In this document: positions 8,361 through 17,984 of the stretch, piece by piece
Position numbering within the stretch: position 1 is the stretch's first letter
How the letters are laid out: each line of letters starts with the position of its first letter
Origin: a virus
Lineage: Duplodnaviria > Caudoviricetes
Length of the DNA stretch: 32,762 bases
Virus record (IMG/VR): IMGVR_UViG_3300012665_000405
Span: 1-32,762 of that record
Direction: 5' to 3' (one strand)
Notes under the pieces: model-generated
The model's database searches: none
What the model was told of the DNA's origin: nothing
The model's input: the letters and a program-made list of their open reading frames with translations, nothing else
Translations under genes and position numbers: made by a program

Positions 8361-8639
8361 ATGACAAATACAATTACACCCGAAGCACTGCACACTCTGC
8401 TTCTAGAAAACGAGTGCATAATTACTTTTACCAAAGTTAATGGCGAACAGCGTGAAATGCCCTGTACCCTGCGTCCAGACGTTGTTCCGCCATCCCCTCC
8501 ACCCAAAGTACTTGCTGAAGGCGAAGTTGCCAAAGTAAAAAAACCCAACCTAGATATCATGAACGTTTGGTGTACTGACAAAAAAGAATGGCGCAGTTTT
8601 CGACTTGCTAATTTTATCTCCGTGAAAGTTAAAGAATGA
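8361..8639 (+). CDS. WYL_2/DUF2693-like Sm/SH3 beta-barrel protein
   Basis: ITFTKVNGEQREMPCTL...VWCTDKKEWRSFR signature. Confidence 0.75.
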   Translation: MTNTITPEALHTLLLENECIITFTKVNGEQREMPCTLRPDVVPPSPPPKVLAEGEVAKVKKPNLDIMNVWCTDKKEWRSFRLANFISVKVKE

Positions 8640-8803
8640 AAATCCAATTTGATAAAGATACCATGCCCGACGAACTCTACAATTCGCTATTACAGCACTT
8701 TGTAAATGAAGCAGTTGGCCTCGGAGTCGAAGTAAACAAGTTTACCGAATTTAACAATTGGGTAATTGAGTGTACAGTCAATGAGAAAGCGTCGGTGCAT
8801 TAA
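8636..8803 (+). CDS. small hypothetical protein (55 aa, not in ORF track)
   Basis: MKIQFDKDTMPDELYNSLLQHFVNEAVGLGVEVNKFTEFNNWVIECTVNEKASVH*; ATGA and TAATG overlaps at the two ends. Confidence 0.75.
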   Translation: MKIQFDKDTMPDELYNSLLQHFVNEAVGLGVEVNKFTEFNNWVIECTVNEKASVH

Positions 8804-9828
8804 TGACTAAACGAATCGGCTTTGCCTGCAAGTGGATTGACGGCCCTAGTCAAATTAATGGCATCAATCAAAAGGACAACTGTAAGCAATATAACACAGG
8901 CTCTACTACAGTAGCTTGGCTCAATCGTCAAACTCGTGAAGTAGCGGAACAAAAACTGTGGGACCTAATGACAGGCAATATCGAAGCTGTCCGTAAACTT
9001 GTAAGCAAAGTGGGAGAACAAGATGAGCAACTTAGAATGGTTAGGTTGGGTAGTGACATACTGCCTGTGTATACTCACAATGACTTTAAGTATTTTTGGA
9101 ATCTTCCAGACGTACGAACGGCCTGTGAGCGGGGCTTCTCTAGAGTTGGAGAGGTGGCTCGTAGCACTAACACTAGGCTCAGCTTTCACCCTGGTCAATT
9201 TACTGTGCTGGCAAGTGAGTCAGATGAAATTGTAAATCGATCAATTGAAGAATTTGAGTATCACACAGATATGGCTCGTTGGATGGGGTATGGCAAAGAG
9301 TTTCAGGACTTTAAGATTAATGTACATATTGCTGGACGACGTGGACCTGAAGGCATTAAGGCAGCGCATAAGCGTCTTAGTCCAGAAGCACGTAATTGTC
9401 TTACTATTGAGAACGACGAAATGACATGGGGCATCGATGCTAGCCTTGAGCTAGTAGATACATGTGCATTAGTCTTAGACGTCCACCATCATTGGATTAA
9501 TACTGGAGAATATATTGAAGCAAATGACGACCGTGTTAAAAGGATTATTGATAGTTGGCGCGGTGTGCGCCCTGTTTTACATTACAGTGTATCACGGGAA
9601 GACTGTCTTATTGACCATCCCGGACACATCCGCCCCGATCTTCCGACCCTCTTGACCCATGGTTACAAAAAGCAAAAACTCAGAGCACATTCAAACTTTT
9701 ACTGGAATACAGCAGTAAATGAATGGGCTCTGAGCTTTAGAGACTCTCACGATATCATGTGCGAAAGCAAGGCTAAGAATTTAGCCAGCTTTGCACTTTA
9801 TGAACAAAGTCTTAAACAGCTGGTTTAG
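8803..9828 (+). CDS. uvsE: UV damage endonuclease (UVDE/UvsE)
   Basis: RIGFAC, RLGSDILP, RLSFHPGQFTVLAS, INVH, TIENDE, LVLDVHHHW, HYS, RAHS, DIMCESKAKNLA motifs. Confidence 0.92.
   Translation: MTKRIGFACKWIDGPSQINGINQKDNCKQYNTGSTTVAWLNRQTREVAEQKLWDLMTGNIEAVRKLVSKVGEQDEQLRMVRLGSDILPVYTHNDFKYFWNLPDVRTACERGFSRVGEVARSTNTRLSFHPGQFTVLASESDEIVNRSIEEFEYHTDMARWMGYGKEFQDFKINVHIAGRRGPEGIKAAHKRLSPEARNCLTIENDEMTWGIDASLELVDTCALVLDVHHHWINTGEYIEANDDRVKRIIDSWRGVRPVLHYSVSREDCLIDHPGHIRPDLPTLLTHGYKKQKLRAHSNFYWNTAVNEWALSFRDSHDIMCESKAKNLASFALYEQSLKQLV
9764..9792 (-). terminator. possible terminator for the histone-like gene, inside uvsE
   Basis: GGCTAA/TTAGCC stem 9771-9786 with flanking AAAGC/GCTTT; UUGCUUU follows on the minus strand. 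Confidence 0.4.
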
Positions 9829-10090
9829 CTTTTGGCTTGCGAGGTGCTTTTGGCTTTGCAGTCTTTGGAGCAGCAGATTTCTTAGCGAACTGTTGCTTTT
9901 TAGGTGCAGGCTTTTTAGCAGGTGCAATAGACTTAACTACTGCCTCAACGGCTTGTTCAGCTACTGGGGCAACAGGTTTAACTACTGCCTCAACGGCTTG
10001 TTCAGCTACTGGTGCTTCTACTTTGTATGGAACTTCGGCTACTGTTTCTGCAGGCTTAGTACCAAAAATCTTTTTAATAAACGATAACAT
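9812..10090 (-). CDS. histone H1-like Ala/Lys/Pro-rich protein
   Basis: C-terminal PAKKPAPKK..APKTAKPKAPRKPKAKP; AAGGAG RBS (10099-10104); TAAATA on minus strand 10111-10116. Confidence 0.8.
   Translation of the reverse strand: MLSFIKKIFGTKPAETVAEVPYKVEAPVAEQAVEAVVKPVAPVAEQAVEAVVKSIAPAKKPAPKKQQFAKKSAAPKTAKPKAPRKPKAKPAV
9933..10012. repeat. 35-nt perfect direct repeat, period 45
   Basis: TTAACTACTGCCTCAACGGCTTGTTCAGCTACTGG at 9933-9967 and 9978-10012 (APVAEQAVEAVVK x2). Confidence 0.95.
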
Positions 10091-10110
10091 AGTGAAATCT
10101 CCTTGTAGAT

Positions 10111-10125
10111 TATTTATAATAAATA
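10111..10125. promoter_or_regulatory. back-to-back divergent late promoters
   Basis: TATTTA-TAA-TAAATA between the divergent histone-like gene and iscA. Confidence 0.7.
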
Positions 10126-10161
10126 TAGTATGACTTTAAAAAAGTACGTAGATTACTGTAA

Positions 10162-10488
10162 ATGATCACCATAACTGAAACTGCGGCAAAGCGAATTAAA
10201 CAAACACTAATTAAACGAGGTAAAGGTGTGGGCATCCGCATAGGTGTTAAAACCACCGGTTGTAGCGGATTAGCATATGTATTGGAATATGTAGACAGTA
10301 TCGAGTACGAAGTCGGCGTAACGAATTATGCCCAACCCGATTTTGCGGTATTAGTTAGTGCTAAAGATGAGCCATATCTAAACGGATTGATTATGGATTG
10401 GGTCCGTAACGGACTCAATGAGGGATTTGATTTTGTTAACCCGAACGAACGAGATCGTTGTGGTTGCGGAGAAAGTTTTAGAGTTTAA
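10162..10488 (+). CDS. iscA: A-type Fe-S cluster carrier (IscA/HesB)
   Basis: GIRIGVKTTGCSGLAY and FVNPN..RCGCGESF motifs. Confidence 0.95.
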   Translation: MITITETAAKRIKQTLIKRGKGVGIRIGVKTTGCSGLAYVLEYVDSIEYEVGVTNYAQPDFAVLVSAKDEPYLNGLIMDWVRNGLNEGFDFVNPNERDRCGCGESFRV

Positions 10489-10772
10489 AACTTGCCCACG
10501 GGAAGTTCGCTACTTGCAGGCATATCCCAAATTTGTTTTCTTTCCACTCCTTTACGTTGCGCAAATCTCTTAGCATCGCAATTTGAACAACAGTGAAAGT
10601 AGTTATTACTAAGTCTTTTACGATCAACATGTTTTAGATCTCTATTAAAAACTTCATCGCAATTATCACATCGTAAGACCACCAGGGTCTTTTTTCTTGA
10701 GTAAGTATGCTCTTGCCCGCACTTACTGGTACGTGAGTAACTGTTTTCTGTGATTATGGTCTTTAGAAACAT
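10485..10772 (-). CDS. Cys-rich putative zinc-binding protein
   Basis: CDNC...HCCSNC; TAAATA (10777-10782, minus) 4 nt before the ATG. Confidence 0.75.
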   Translation of the reverse strand: MFLKTIITENSYSRTSKCGQEHTYSRKKTLVVLRCDNCDEVFNRDLKHVDRKRLSNNYFHCCSNCDAKRFAQRKGVERKQIWDMPASSELPVGKF

Positions 10773-10776
10773 AGTG

Positions 10777-10812
10777 TATTTACATTCGGCTTATAAAAGT
10801 TTGCGATAAATA
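10777..10812. promoter_or_regulatory. divergent late promoters
   Basis: TAAATA on minus strand 10777-10782 and on plus strand 10807-10812 ahead of the structural cluster. Confidence 0.7.
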
Positions 10813-10844
10813 CATTACAGAACACCATAACTCTAGGATTTAAT

Positions 10845-13800
10845 ATGGCACGTAAAATTATTGACATCGGCGTTGTAGGCAACGACGGAACAGGCGATAG
10901 CATTCGCGACTCGTTTAGAAAAGTAAATGACAACTTTAGAGAGCTGTATAGCTCATTAGGTCTAGGCGAAAGACTACAATTTAAAGGATTAGAAGACACC
11001 CCAGATAGTTATACAGGACAAGAAGGCTCCTTGATAACTGTTAATGCTACAGAAACCGGGGTTCAGTTTAAACGACTACTAGCAGGTACTGGTGTTCAAA
11101 TTGACACAGAATCGAGTCCTAATGACATTTCTATCAGCACATTATTTGCTCAGGTTGTAGGTGATGGTAGTCCGCAATTAGGCGGGCCGTTAAATGCCTT
11201 TAGCGGAACTAGTCATAAGCCGATTGGTAACTTGCCCGACTTATCTAGCCCGCTAGAGTTTGCAAGTGCTCAGGCGTTATTAGCAGATGCTTATCCTGGA
11301 ACCAATGCAGAAGATGCTCAGCGATTAGCAGTTAACAAAGGTTATGCTGACACTAAAATATCTAGGGCAGGTGTTGATGCTATAGATCCTCGAACAGGAA
11401 GTGTTAACCCAAATTTTGGAACAATGACTGGTCCTTTGATTTTATCAAGAGACCCTACTCCATCAGATGACGAAACATACAATGGATTAGTTGCAGCAAC
11501 TAAGCGATACGTTGATAGTTCTGCATTCGGAAGTAAGGTAAACTTGTATGTTGCTACATCAGGTCAAGATGAGCGAGTAGGAGTAAGTTCTGAACTTCAG
11601 GGTCGTGCGCTAGCCTATGCTTACAGAACATTCGAAGCTGCATTAAAACGTGCAGAAGAACTAGTAAAAGAATCTCCACTAGAAATCGGGCCTTATAAAA
11701 AGATTTTAACTTACGGTGGAAATACTGTATACGATACCGTAACTATTACTACCGGAGCGCCGACAACTTTTAATGCAATAGCGCACGGATTAAGAATTGG
11801 TGCTGAAGTACTTTTTACATCAACTGGTACTTTTCCAATAGGTATCGATTCTAGCACTACCTATTACGTCATCGCAGATAGTTTAACCGATGATACTTTT
11901 AGAGTAGCTACTACAAGAATTGGTGCTTCAATTGTTACTGGAGATCCCGGAACTGGGATTTATAGTTATCGAGGAATCAACATTGACCGTGCTGAATGTA
12001 CACTGAGTAGCATTGATGCAGTTCCCGTATTAGAGGGCGGCGGAACAGGATTCGACGGTGATGCTTATATGAGTGTAGACACTATTGAACTGTCTGTACG
12101 TGGAACTAACTATCAAGAAAACGATATTGTTTATCTTGCTGGAGGAACTCCTTTAAATTTAGAGTCAAGGGCATCAGTTCGTGTGTTGTCAACTGCGGGA
12201 AATCCTGGAGCTATTACAGCTTTTACAATAGTTAGTAGAGGAGTGTATATTGCGCTACCAGGAACTACAGATGTAACTACTACTGATGATAGTGATTTCG
12301 GTGCTGGAGCTAAATTTAATGTTACCTATAAAGTTAATAGCATAGTAATCAATAATGGGGGTTCTGAATACGGATTAGTATCCGTGCGCATTTCACCCAA
12401 AGTAGGCGATACAACAGGTACTGGAGCCTTTGGTACTGCAGATGTTGTAGATGGCGAAGTTCGAGGAATTACTATCACTGACCAAGGTGGACTATTTACT
12501 GATGTTCCAGATGTAATTGTTAATCTTCCTAGATTTAAGATATTCACTGATGGGTTAAGAACTGACTTTACCGGAGATGTAACTTCAGACGACCCGTTAG
12601 CTGTTAGGTCTAGAGATGTCCGAGAGGGGCTATATCTTCGAGGCGAAACATCCGGAGCATTGGCGCAGATACTTTCTCATCAAGGAGCACTGGATGGTAC
12701 TGATGAAATTTTTGACGTTGATATTGTATCTGGTAAATTCGAAGTAGGTGAAGTAATTTCTTATGGTGATGTAACTAAAAATATTCAAATATCTGTGTTA
12801 GTCGAAAGCGGAATATATGAAGAAAATTATCCTCTGCGTGTTCCTCAAAACGTTGCTATCATCGGAGATGAATTCCGTCGTGTTATTATCAGACCTAAAC
12901 CTGGAGAAAGTTCTAGCCCTTGGGCATTTATTAATTTTAGAAGAGATACATTAATTGACAGTTTACAAACGGCAGATCAATTATACGGATACCACTATCT
13001 GTCAGATCCAACAATTCCGGTATACCCAATTATTGACAATAAAGGTGCATACCGTGCAACTGCACAATTAATATCTTTAAATAAATTATTTGTTCAATCA
13101 GAAGTCGTTGCTTGGATTAACGAGCAAATTAGGATCGGTGCTGCTGGATTTACTGGGGTAGGCGTAGAGAATTACAATCAAAATTTATGCAGTCGTGATG
13201 TAGGACTGATTATTGATGCCATGGTGTTTGATTTAAAATACGGTGGGTCAAATAGAACCGTTTCGGCAGCATTAAAATATAAAAACAGCACTAGCGGATT
13301 AGTAGCAATTACCGCTCCGCAGTTGAGTATGACTACTGCTGCTATAGAATATATTGATACGTTAGTACAGTATATTATTTCTAATTCTCTTATACCAACA
13401 GTCTATAACGAGTTAAGACCACAAATTAGAGACTTTGCTTATGTTTCAGAAACTGGTGGTGATGTCCTTGTAACTGCATTAGTTACGGCTATTATTGATA
13501 TTATAGAAAACTCCAATAGTGTTAATTATCCTAATGATAATAACAGCATGGATGTATTCTTATGTAACGATGCTGTTATTCTAAGAGCCATGACCGGTCA
13601 AGGCCACGGCGGATTTATGATGGTATTAGATCCAGAAGGTCAGATTCTTGCCAAGTCTCCGTATGCTCAAGAATGTGCATCGTTCTCGTTATCAACTGGT
13701 AGACAGACATTTGCAGGCGGTATGTTTGTTGACGGTTTTACAGGTAACTTACAATTCCAATTAGATTCAAGAGTATTAGTCGAAGGCTTAGAAAGCAATA

Positions 13801-16800
13801 CTCGATTAAGAGTGTCTGGTCTGTTAAGAAGACCAAATTTACCTGCATCGTTCCTTGTTAACGATAATGTATACAGAATTAACTATGTTAGAGATTTTGT
13901 ATTTGCCCCAGAAGGGAGTACTGCAACATTTGTATTAGATGAGTCAACTCCGTTTCCTTATCCAATTGGATCGCAGGTTGTAACCGTTACTCCTGGTGAC
14001 CCGGCTACTCTTAACCGAACAGCGCATGGTTTACAAATTGGAGCGACTCTAAGATTTACAACTACTGACACGTTTCCTGTAGGAATTTTGCCTGCCGCAC
14101 CGGGTGGCTTAACAAGTATTGAATATTATGTTGTTCCGGAATTATTTGGACTGAATAGTTTCAGAGTTAGTCCAGATGCAGGATCTGTTGGCGGTATGGC
14201 TATTTCTAGTGCAGGAACTGGCACCCTTACTTACGAAAGAACTTACGAAGTATTGATGCCTGGTAATAGATCAATGCTATCCAATGACTATACACAAATT
14301 GCAGACATGGGATACGGTCTTATAACGACAAACGGCGGATTAGCTGAAGCCGTATCTATGTTTACATACTACTGTTATATTTCCTATTACTCACTAAACG
14401 GTGGACAGATTAGATCTATTGCTGGATCTAGTGCTCACGGAGTATACGCATTAGTTGCAGAAGGCAGCGATCCTTTAGAAATTCCAACTCCGGTTAGTTT
14501 ATATTATGATCTGCAACAAGGTGCTAGATGTTATTTCCCCAATGCATTATATGAAAACGTTGCAGAAGGGTTAGTTATATACGTTGATGGATACGACTAC
14601 GTGCCGTTATCAAACGGAGAACTAGAAGTAATCCACACTGACGGATCTCTATATAGATATGTTATCAATTCGGCAAGTATAGATGCATTACCGCCGGGTG
14701 TTGTTAAACTTACTCTAGGAGCATCGTCGGGAGGCGTCGGTGTTGGTTTGGCATTTGTAGTTCCGGATAATACCCCAGTAACTATTAGATCTCTTAGCCA
14801 AGTTGTATTAACTGGCGATGTTGTGTTAGTTGCTACTAGACCATCTACTGCGCTATTATTAAATGAATCTAGTTTTGTTTATCGTATTTTACAATTTGCA
14901 AACTATGACGAAGATGTAGAAGATACTACAGTATGTACAGTATCTGCGGCTAACCCAGCAGTAGTCACTGCGGTTGGGCATGGCCAGCTTTCTAACTACA
15001 TAGTGCAATTTACCACCACTGGAACATTGCCAGCTGGTCTTTCTCTTGCAACAAATTATTATGTGTTAGAATCTGATTTAACCGATGATACTTTTAAAAT
15101 TGCAATTTCGCCTAATGGGTCTCCAGTCGTTACAACAACCACTGGCACAGGAACACATTCTTTTGTGCCAGCTGGGTTAGCAAGAACAACTCTAAGAGAA
15201 AATTACGATTACGTTGAACTAACTGTATATGAGCCCGGTGAGCCGGCTTTACCTCCTGATACTATAGTAATATCAATTGCATCAGAAGCTGTGTTCACTC
15301 ATGCAGTTGCTCACGGGTTATCAGTTGGTGATGTAATTAGATTGTACACTACTGGTACACTGCCGGGCGGATTAACAATTGCAAAGCACTATCATGTTGT
15401 ATCCTCTGGTTTCAGCAGCACACAGTTTAAAGTAAGTATTGTTCCAGACGGCCCTATACTCGAAACTACCGGTTCACAAAGTGGAACTCATTCATATGCA
15501 CCAGTGACTGGTCGAATCGGAGATTCCAGCTTTGCTGTTGTTCCAGTTGGGCCTGGCGATGAGTCTAGATTAATAGGCTATAAAATTGTTTGGAATGCTG
15601 TTGAATATGTAATTGATGGCTACGAAACTGCTATTGATCTTGGAGAGCAGTATGCTAGACTTACATTAAATAAACCGTTAGAAGTTGATGCAATAACAGG
15701 CACAGGTAGTTTGATAGCTCTTCCTGAACTTCCTACACTAAAAGCAGGAGTATCTAAGCGCACTGCTGGCGCGGCTGGTACATTAACTATTCGAATTTCA
15801 TTAACTCGTGTTACAGGACACGACTTATTAGAAATTGGTACTGGTTCGTATGCCGATACAAATTATCCGAACGAAATTTATGGCCCAGCGGTAAATCCAT
15901 TAAACGATTCTGCAGAAACACAAGAACGCGGATCGGGTCGTACTTTCTATGTGACCACTGACCAATTTGGTAACTTTAGAGTTGGCCCGTACTTCCGAGT
16001 TGACCAAGGTACTGGTACAGTTACCTTCTCAGCAGCTATTGCGTTGAGTAACTTGGACGGTCTAGGATTTAAGCGCGGTGTACCTATCAGCGAATTCTCA
16101 GTAGACGGCACGTTTGGCGACAATGCTACTGATACTGTTCCAACTGAAAATGCTACTAGAACTTATATCGATAAGAGATTGGGCCTAAGTCATACTGGGT
16201 CCGTTCTTACAGATGCAGAAGTTATACCGTCACTTAGCGGAGGATTTTTAGCATTAAATGGTCTGCTAGGAATGAAAGCAAACTTAAATGTTAATGCTAA
16301 TAAAATTATTGGACTTGCTGATCCCGAACTGCCAACCGATGCGGTAAACTTACAAAGTTTAACCTATAATAACTTCCAAGATTTTACAGGCACCGATATA
16401 GCTGCTAAAGATTTGATAGTATTTACAGGTACTAACAACGAAACAATTAATGCTGAAGTGACCGGTGATATTAATTTAACTCTTAATACTGGTACAAATA
16501 CGCTTGACGTACAGATTAATTCAAATACCATTGTTAATGCTGATATTAACTCAAGTGCCGCTATTGCACAAAGTAAACTGGCAATGACTGCTGCGGGCAC
16601 TCGTGCTAATGCTACAAGTATTACGCAAGCAGACTTAGGTTTGGCAAGTTTTGATTCTACTAGATTTATAGCAACCAACGGGTGGCTACAGCTTAGAGAT
16701 ACTACCATAGCTCGCTTTACTGGTTACATTACCGGAACTACATTAACAGTACTAACCCTTACCGCAGGTACAATTAGGACTGGAGCATTTACAATATACG

Positions 16801-17984
16801 GTATACCGTCAACAACTACAGGAACCACAATAGTATCGCAGCTGACTGGAACTTCTGGGGGGACAGGCACCTATACCGTTAGCGTAAGTCAAACTGTAGG
16901 TAGTATTAGTGTTCCTGCCGCATTTAGATCGTACAACGCAGACGTTACAGGTGTTACTGGATCTAACCTACAGATTATTACTACGCCAAAATCAGTATTG
17001 GGAAATTCTAGAACAGCGGATGAAGGCAACGTTACTGAAATTCCGTTTACCACAGTTGTTGATCTCGGATTAGCTGTTAAGAAAAGTTTATATGGTACTG
17101 GAACTGGCGTGTTGTATAAAAACGTTTCAGGTACTGGTACGCAAGATTTAGATACATCATATACTGTATTAACTGCTGTATCCAATTCGTTAGTTGACGA
17201 TACAATCATCCTTCGAGGTGCAGGTGGAGACTTTACAGCTGGCACAGCTACGCTTGAAGACGTATGGTTACAACTATTAACTGATCCTCTTCCAATACAA
17301 ACTTTATTTAGAACTAGTGCAGGCGGTGGTGGTTCAACTCGTCTAACTGGTTTTGATGGACAGGGAGGATTACTGATTAACACCAGTACTGTTCTTGCTG
17401 AAAATCAAACTACCTATGCTAATGATGCTCACATCTTTAGAACTAAAGATAGAAACAACCTAGCACCGATAACTACCAGTCAAGTAACTACTACTAAGTT
17501 AACTACAGGGTCTAGTACAACTTCCGGGACAATCACTGGACAATGGATATTAGCTGATACGCCCGGTGGTACTACTAGAACTAATTCAAGATTGCAAGCC
17601 ACATATGCTGCTGACTTAGCAGAATACTACGAAGGAGATAAAGAATACGAAGTTGGTACTGTATTAATCTTTGGTGGTGATAAGGAAGTTACACTGTCTA
17701 CTAAATTAATGGACAGTCGAGTCGCAGGTGTTGTCAGTGACAATGCTGCATATTCGATGTACGGCGCATGTCCTGGATTTAAAAATCAAATAGCATTGCA
17801 AGGTCGTGTACCATGTAAAGTAGTCGGTAAAATACAAAAGGGTGATATACTAGTAACCAGCAATATTCCAGGGGTTGCAATTGTATCAAAAGAAGCCAAG
17901 GCCGGAACTATTATAGGCAAGGCGTTAGAAAATTATGACTCAGATCACATAGGTGTGATCGAAGTTGCTGTGGGAAGAACATAA
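10845..17984 (+). CDS. giant modular tail fibre/baseplate protein (2379 aa)
   Basis: N-terminal T4 gp9/gp10-like NDGTGDSIRDSFRKVNDNF; AATKRYVD; beta-helix-type cap SGIYEENYPLRVPQNVAIIGD; four HG(L)..FTTTGTxP modules; C-terminal ADLAEYY..GRVPCKVVG chaperone/peptidase-G2-like domain. Confidence 0.85.
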   Translation: MARKIIDIGVVGNDGTGDSIRDSFRKVNDNFRELYSSLGLGERLQFKGLEDTPDSYTGQEGSLITVNATETGVQFKRLLAGTGVQIDTESSPNDISISTLFAQVVGDGSPQLGGPLNAFSGTSHKPIGNLPDLSSPLEFASAQALLADAYPGTNAEDAQRLAVNKGYADTKISRAGVDAIDPRTGSVNPNFGTMTGPLILSRDPTPSDDETYNGLVAATKRYVDSSAFGSKVNLYVATSGQDERVGVSSELQGRALAYAYRTFEAALKRAEELVKESPLEIGPYKKILTYGGNTVYDTVTITTGAPTTFNAIAHGLRIGAEVLFTSTGTFPIGIDSSTTYYVIADSLTDDTFRVATTRIGASIVTGDPGTGIYSYRGINIDRAECTLSSIDAVPVLEGGGTGFDGDAYMSVDTIELSVRGTNYQENDIVYLAGGTPLNLESRASVRVLSTAGNPGAITAFTIVSRGVYIALPGTTDVTTTDDSDFGAGAKFNVTYKVNSIVINNGGSEYGLVSVRISPKVGDTTGTGAFGTADVVDGEVRGITITDQGGLFTDVPDVIVNLPRFKIFTDGLRTDFTGDVTSDDPLAVRSRDVREGLYLRGETSGALAQILSHQGALDGTDEIFDVDIVSGKFEVGEVISYGDVTKNIQISVLVESGIYEENYPLRVPQNVAIIGDEFRRVIIRPKPGESSSPWAFINFRRDTLIDSLQTADQLYGYHYLSDPTIPVYPIIDNKGAYRATAQLISLNKLFVQSEVVAWINEQIRIGAAGFTGVGVENYNQNLCSRDVGLIIDAMVFDLKYGGSNRTVSAALKYKNSTSGLVAITAPQLSMTTAAIEYIDTLVQYIISNSLIPTVYNELRPQIRDFAYVSETGGDVLVTALVTAIIDIIENSNSVNYPNDNNSMDVFLCNDAVILRAMTGQGHGGFMMVLDPEGQILAKSPYAQECASFSLSTGRQTFAGGMFVDGFTGNLQFQLDSRVLVEGLESNTRLRVSGLLRRPNLPASFLVNDNVYRINYVRDFVFAPEGSTATFVLDESTPFPYPIGSQVVTVTPGDPATLNRTAHGLQIGATLRFTTTDTFPVGILPAAPGGLTSIEYYVVPELFGLNSFRVSPDAGSVGGMAISSAGTGTLTYERTYEVLMPGNRSMLSNDYTQIADMGYGLITTNGGLAEAVSMFTYYCYISYYSLNGGQIRSIAGSSAHGVYALVAEGSDPLEIPTPVSLYYDLQQGARCYFPNALYENVAEGLVIYVDGYDYVPLSNGELEVIHTDGSLYRYVINSASIDALPPGVVKLTLGASSGGVGVGLAFVVPDNTPVTIRSLSQVVLTGDVVLVATRPSTALLLNESSFVYRILQFANYDEDVEDTTVCTVSAANPAVVTAVGHGQLSNYIVQFTTTGTLPAGLSLATNYYVLESDLTDDTFKIAISPNGSPVVTTTTGTGTHSFVPAGLARTTLRENYDYVELTVYEPGEPALPPDTIVISIASEAVFTHAVAHGLSVGDVIRLYTTGTLPGGLTIAKHYHVVSSGFSSTQFKVSIVPDGPILETTGSQSGTHSYAPVTGRIGDSSFAVVPVGPGDESRLIGYKIVWNAVEYVIDGYETAIDLGEQYARLTLNKPLEVDAITGTGSLIALPELPTLKAGVSKRTAGAAGTLTIRISLTRVTGHDLLEIGTGSYADTNYPNEIYGPAVNPLNDSAETQERGSGRTFYVTTDQFGNFRVGPYFRVDQGTGTVTFSAAIALSNLDGLGFKRGVPISEFSVDGTFGDNATDTVPTENATRTYIDKRLGLSHTGSVLTDAEVIPSLSGGFLALNGLLGMKANLNVNANKIIGLADPELPTDAVNLQSLTYNNFQDFTGTDIAAKDLIVFTGTNNETINAEVTGDINLTLNTGTNTLDVQINSNTIVNADINSSAAIAQSKLAMTAAGTRANATSITQADLGLASFDSTRFIATNGWLQLRDTTIARFTGYITGTTLTVLTLTAGTIRTGAFTIYGIPSTTTGTTIVSQLTGTSGGTGTYTVSVSQTVGSISVPAAFRSYNADVTGVTGSNLQIITTPKSVLGNSRTADEGNVTEIPFTTVVDLGLAVKKSLYGTGTGVLYKNVSGTGTQDLDTSYTVLTAVSNSLVDDTIILRGAGGDFTAGTATLEDVWLQLLTDPLPIQTLFRTSAGGGGSTRLTGFDGQGGLLINTSTVLAENQTTYANDAHIFRTKDRNNLAPITTSQVTTTKLTTGSSTTSGTITGQWILADTPGGTTRTNSRLQATYAADLAEYYEGDKEYEVGTVLIFGGDKEVTLSTKLMDSRVAGVVSDNAAYSMYGACPGFKNQIALQGRVPCKVVGKIQKGDILVTSNIPGVAIVSKEAKAGTIIGKALENYDSDHIGVIEVAVGRT

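Noticed and set aside
9933-10012. Direct repeat as a mini CRISPR array
   Set aside because: Only two copies, 10-nt gap, in-frame coding duplication, no cas genes
9791-10133. Two plus-strand 98-aa ORFs
   Set aside because: Antisense shadows of the histone-like gene, which has the RBS and promoter
16364-17383. Antisense ORFs of 114 and 164 aa
   Set aside because: Shadows within the giant structural gene, no expression signals
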